A DNA stretch of 34,037 bases, from assembly GCF_001194135.2 (NCBI RefSeq), contig NC_068983.1, positions 96,856,396 through 96,890,432 of the forward strand, written 5' to 3'. The DNA comes from Octopus bimaculoides. Lineage: Eukaryota. The position numbers and the translations under genes are program-made. Shown piece by piece: positions 33,987-34,037 of this stretch (position 1 is its first letter; every line of letters starts with the position of its first letter). The notes below the pieces were generated by a model. That model was not told the DNA's origin. It saw only the letters and a program-made list of their open reading frames with translations, and did no database searches.

Positions 33987-34037
<51 letters not shown>
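33987..34037. repeat. (CA)n microsatellite to window end
   Basis: Directly visible. Confidence 0.97.

Overview
AT-rich, repeat-dominated eukaryotic DNA from a gapped draft assembly (about 3.1 kb of N in 12 gaps). The SINE families look like those of octopus, so the source is probably a cephalopod (inference). I found no host protein-coding exon I can support. Most ORFs in the track are microsatellite or gap artefacts. The window is a layered set of decayed mobile elements: three tRNA-derived SINE families (about 14 copies or fragments), an internally deleted Helitron with both ends intact (11772-13179, -), a Tigger/pogo transposase remnant, an R4/Dong-like non-LTR retrotransposon fragment sitting between two parts of a SINE, two Penelope-like (PLE) remnants (one with a GIY-YIG domain and an 89-bp pseudo-LTR pair), a Ty3/Gypsy RT-RNase H fragment and a mariner DD34D remnant. 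Best second-look items: a Penelope-type minimal hammerhead ribozyme motif at 399-443 plus weaker ribozyme-like motifs, an in-window empty-site paralog that confirms the Helitron boundaries, perfect palindromes at element junctions, a 124-bp locally templated insertion inside a SINE, and several long fold-backs. I see no convincing evidence of a wholly new biological system.
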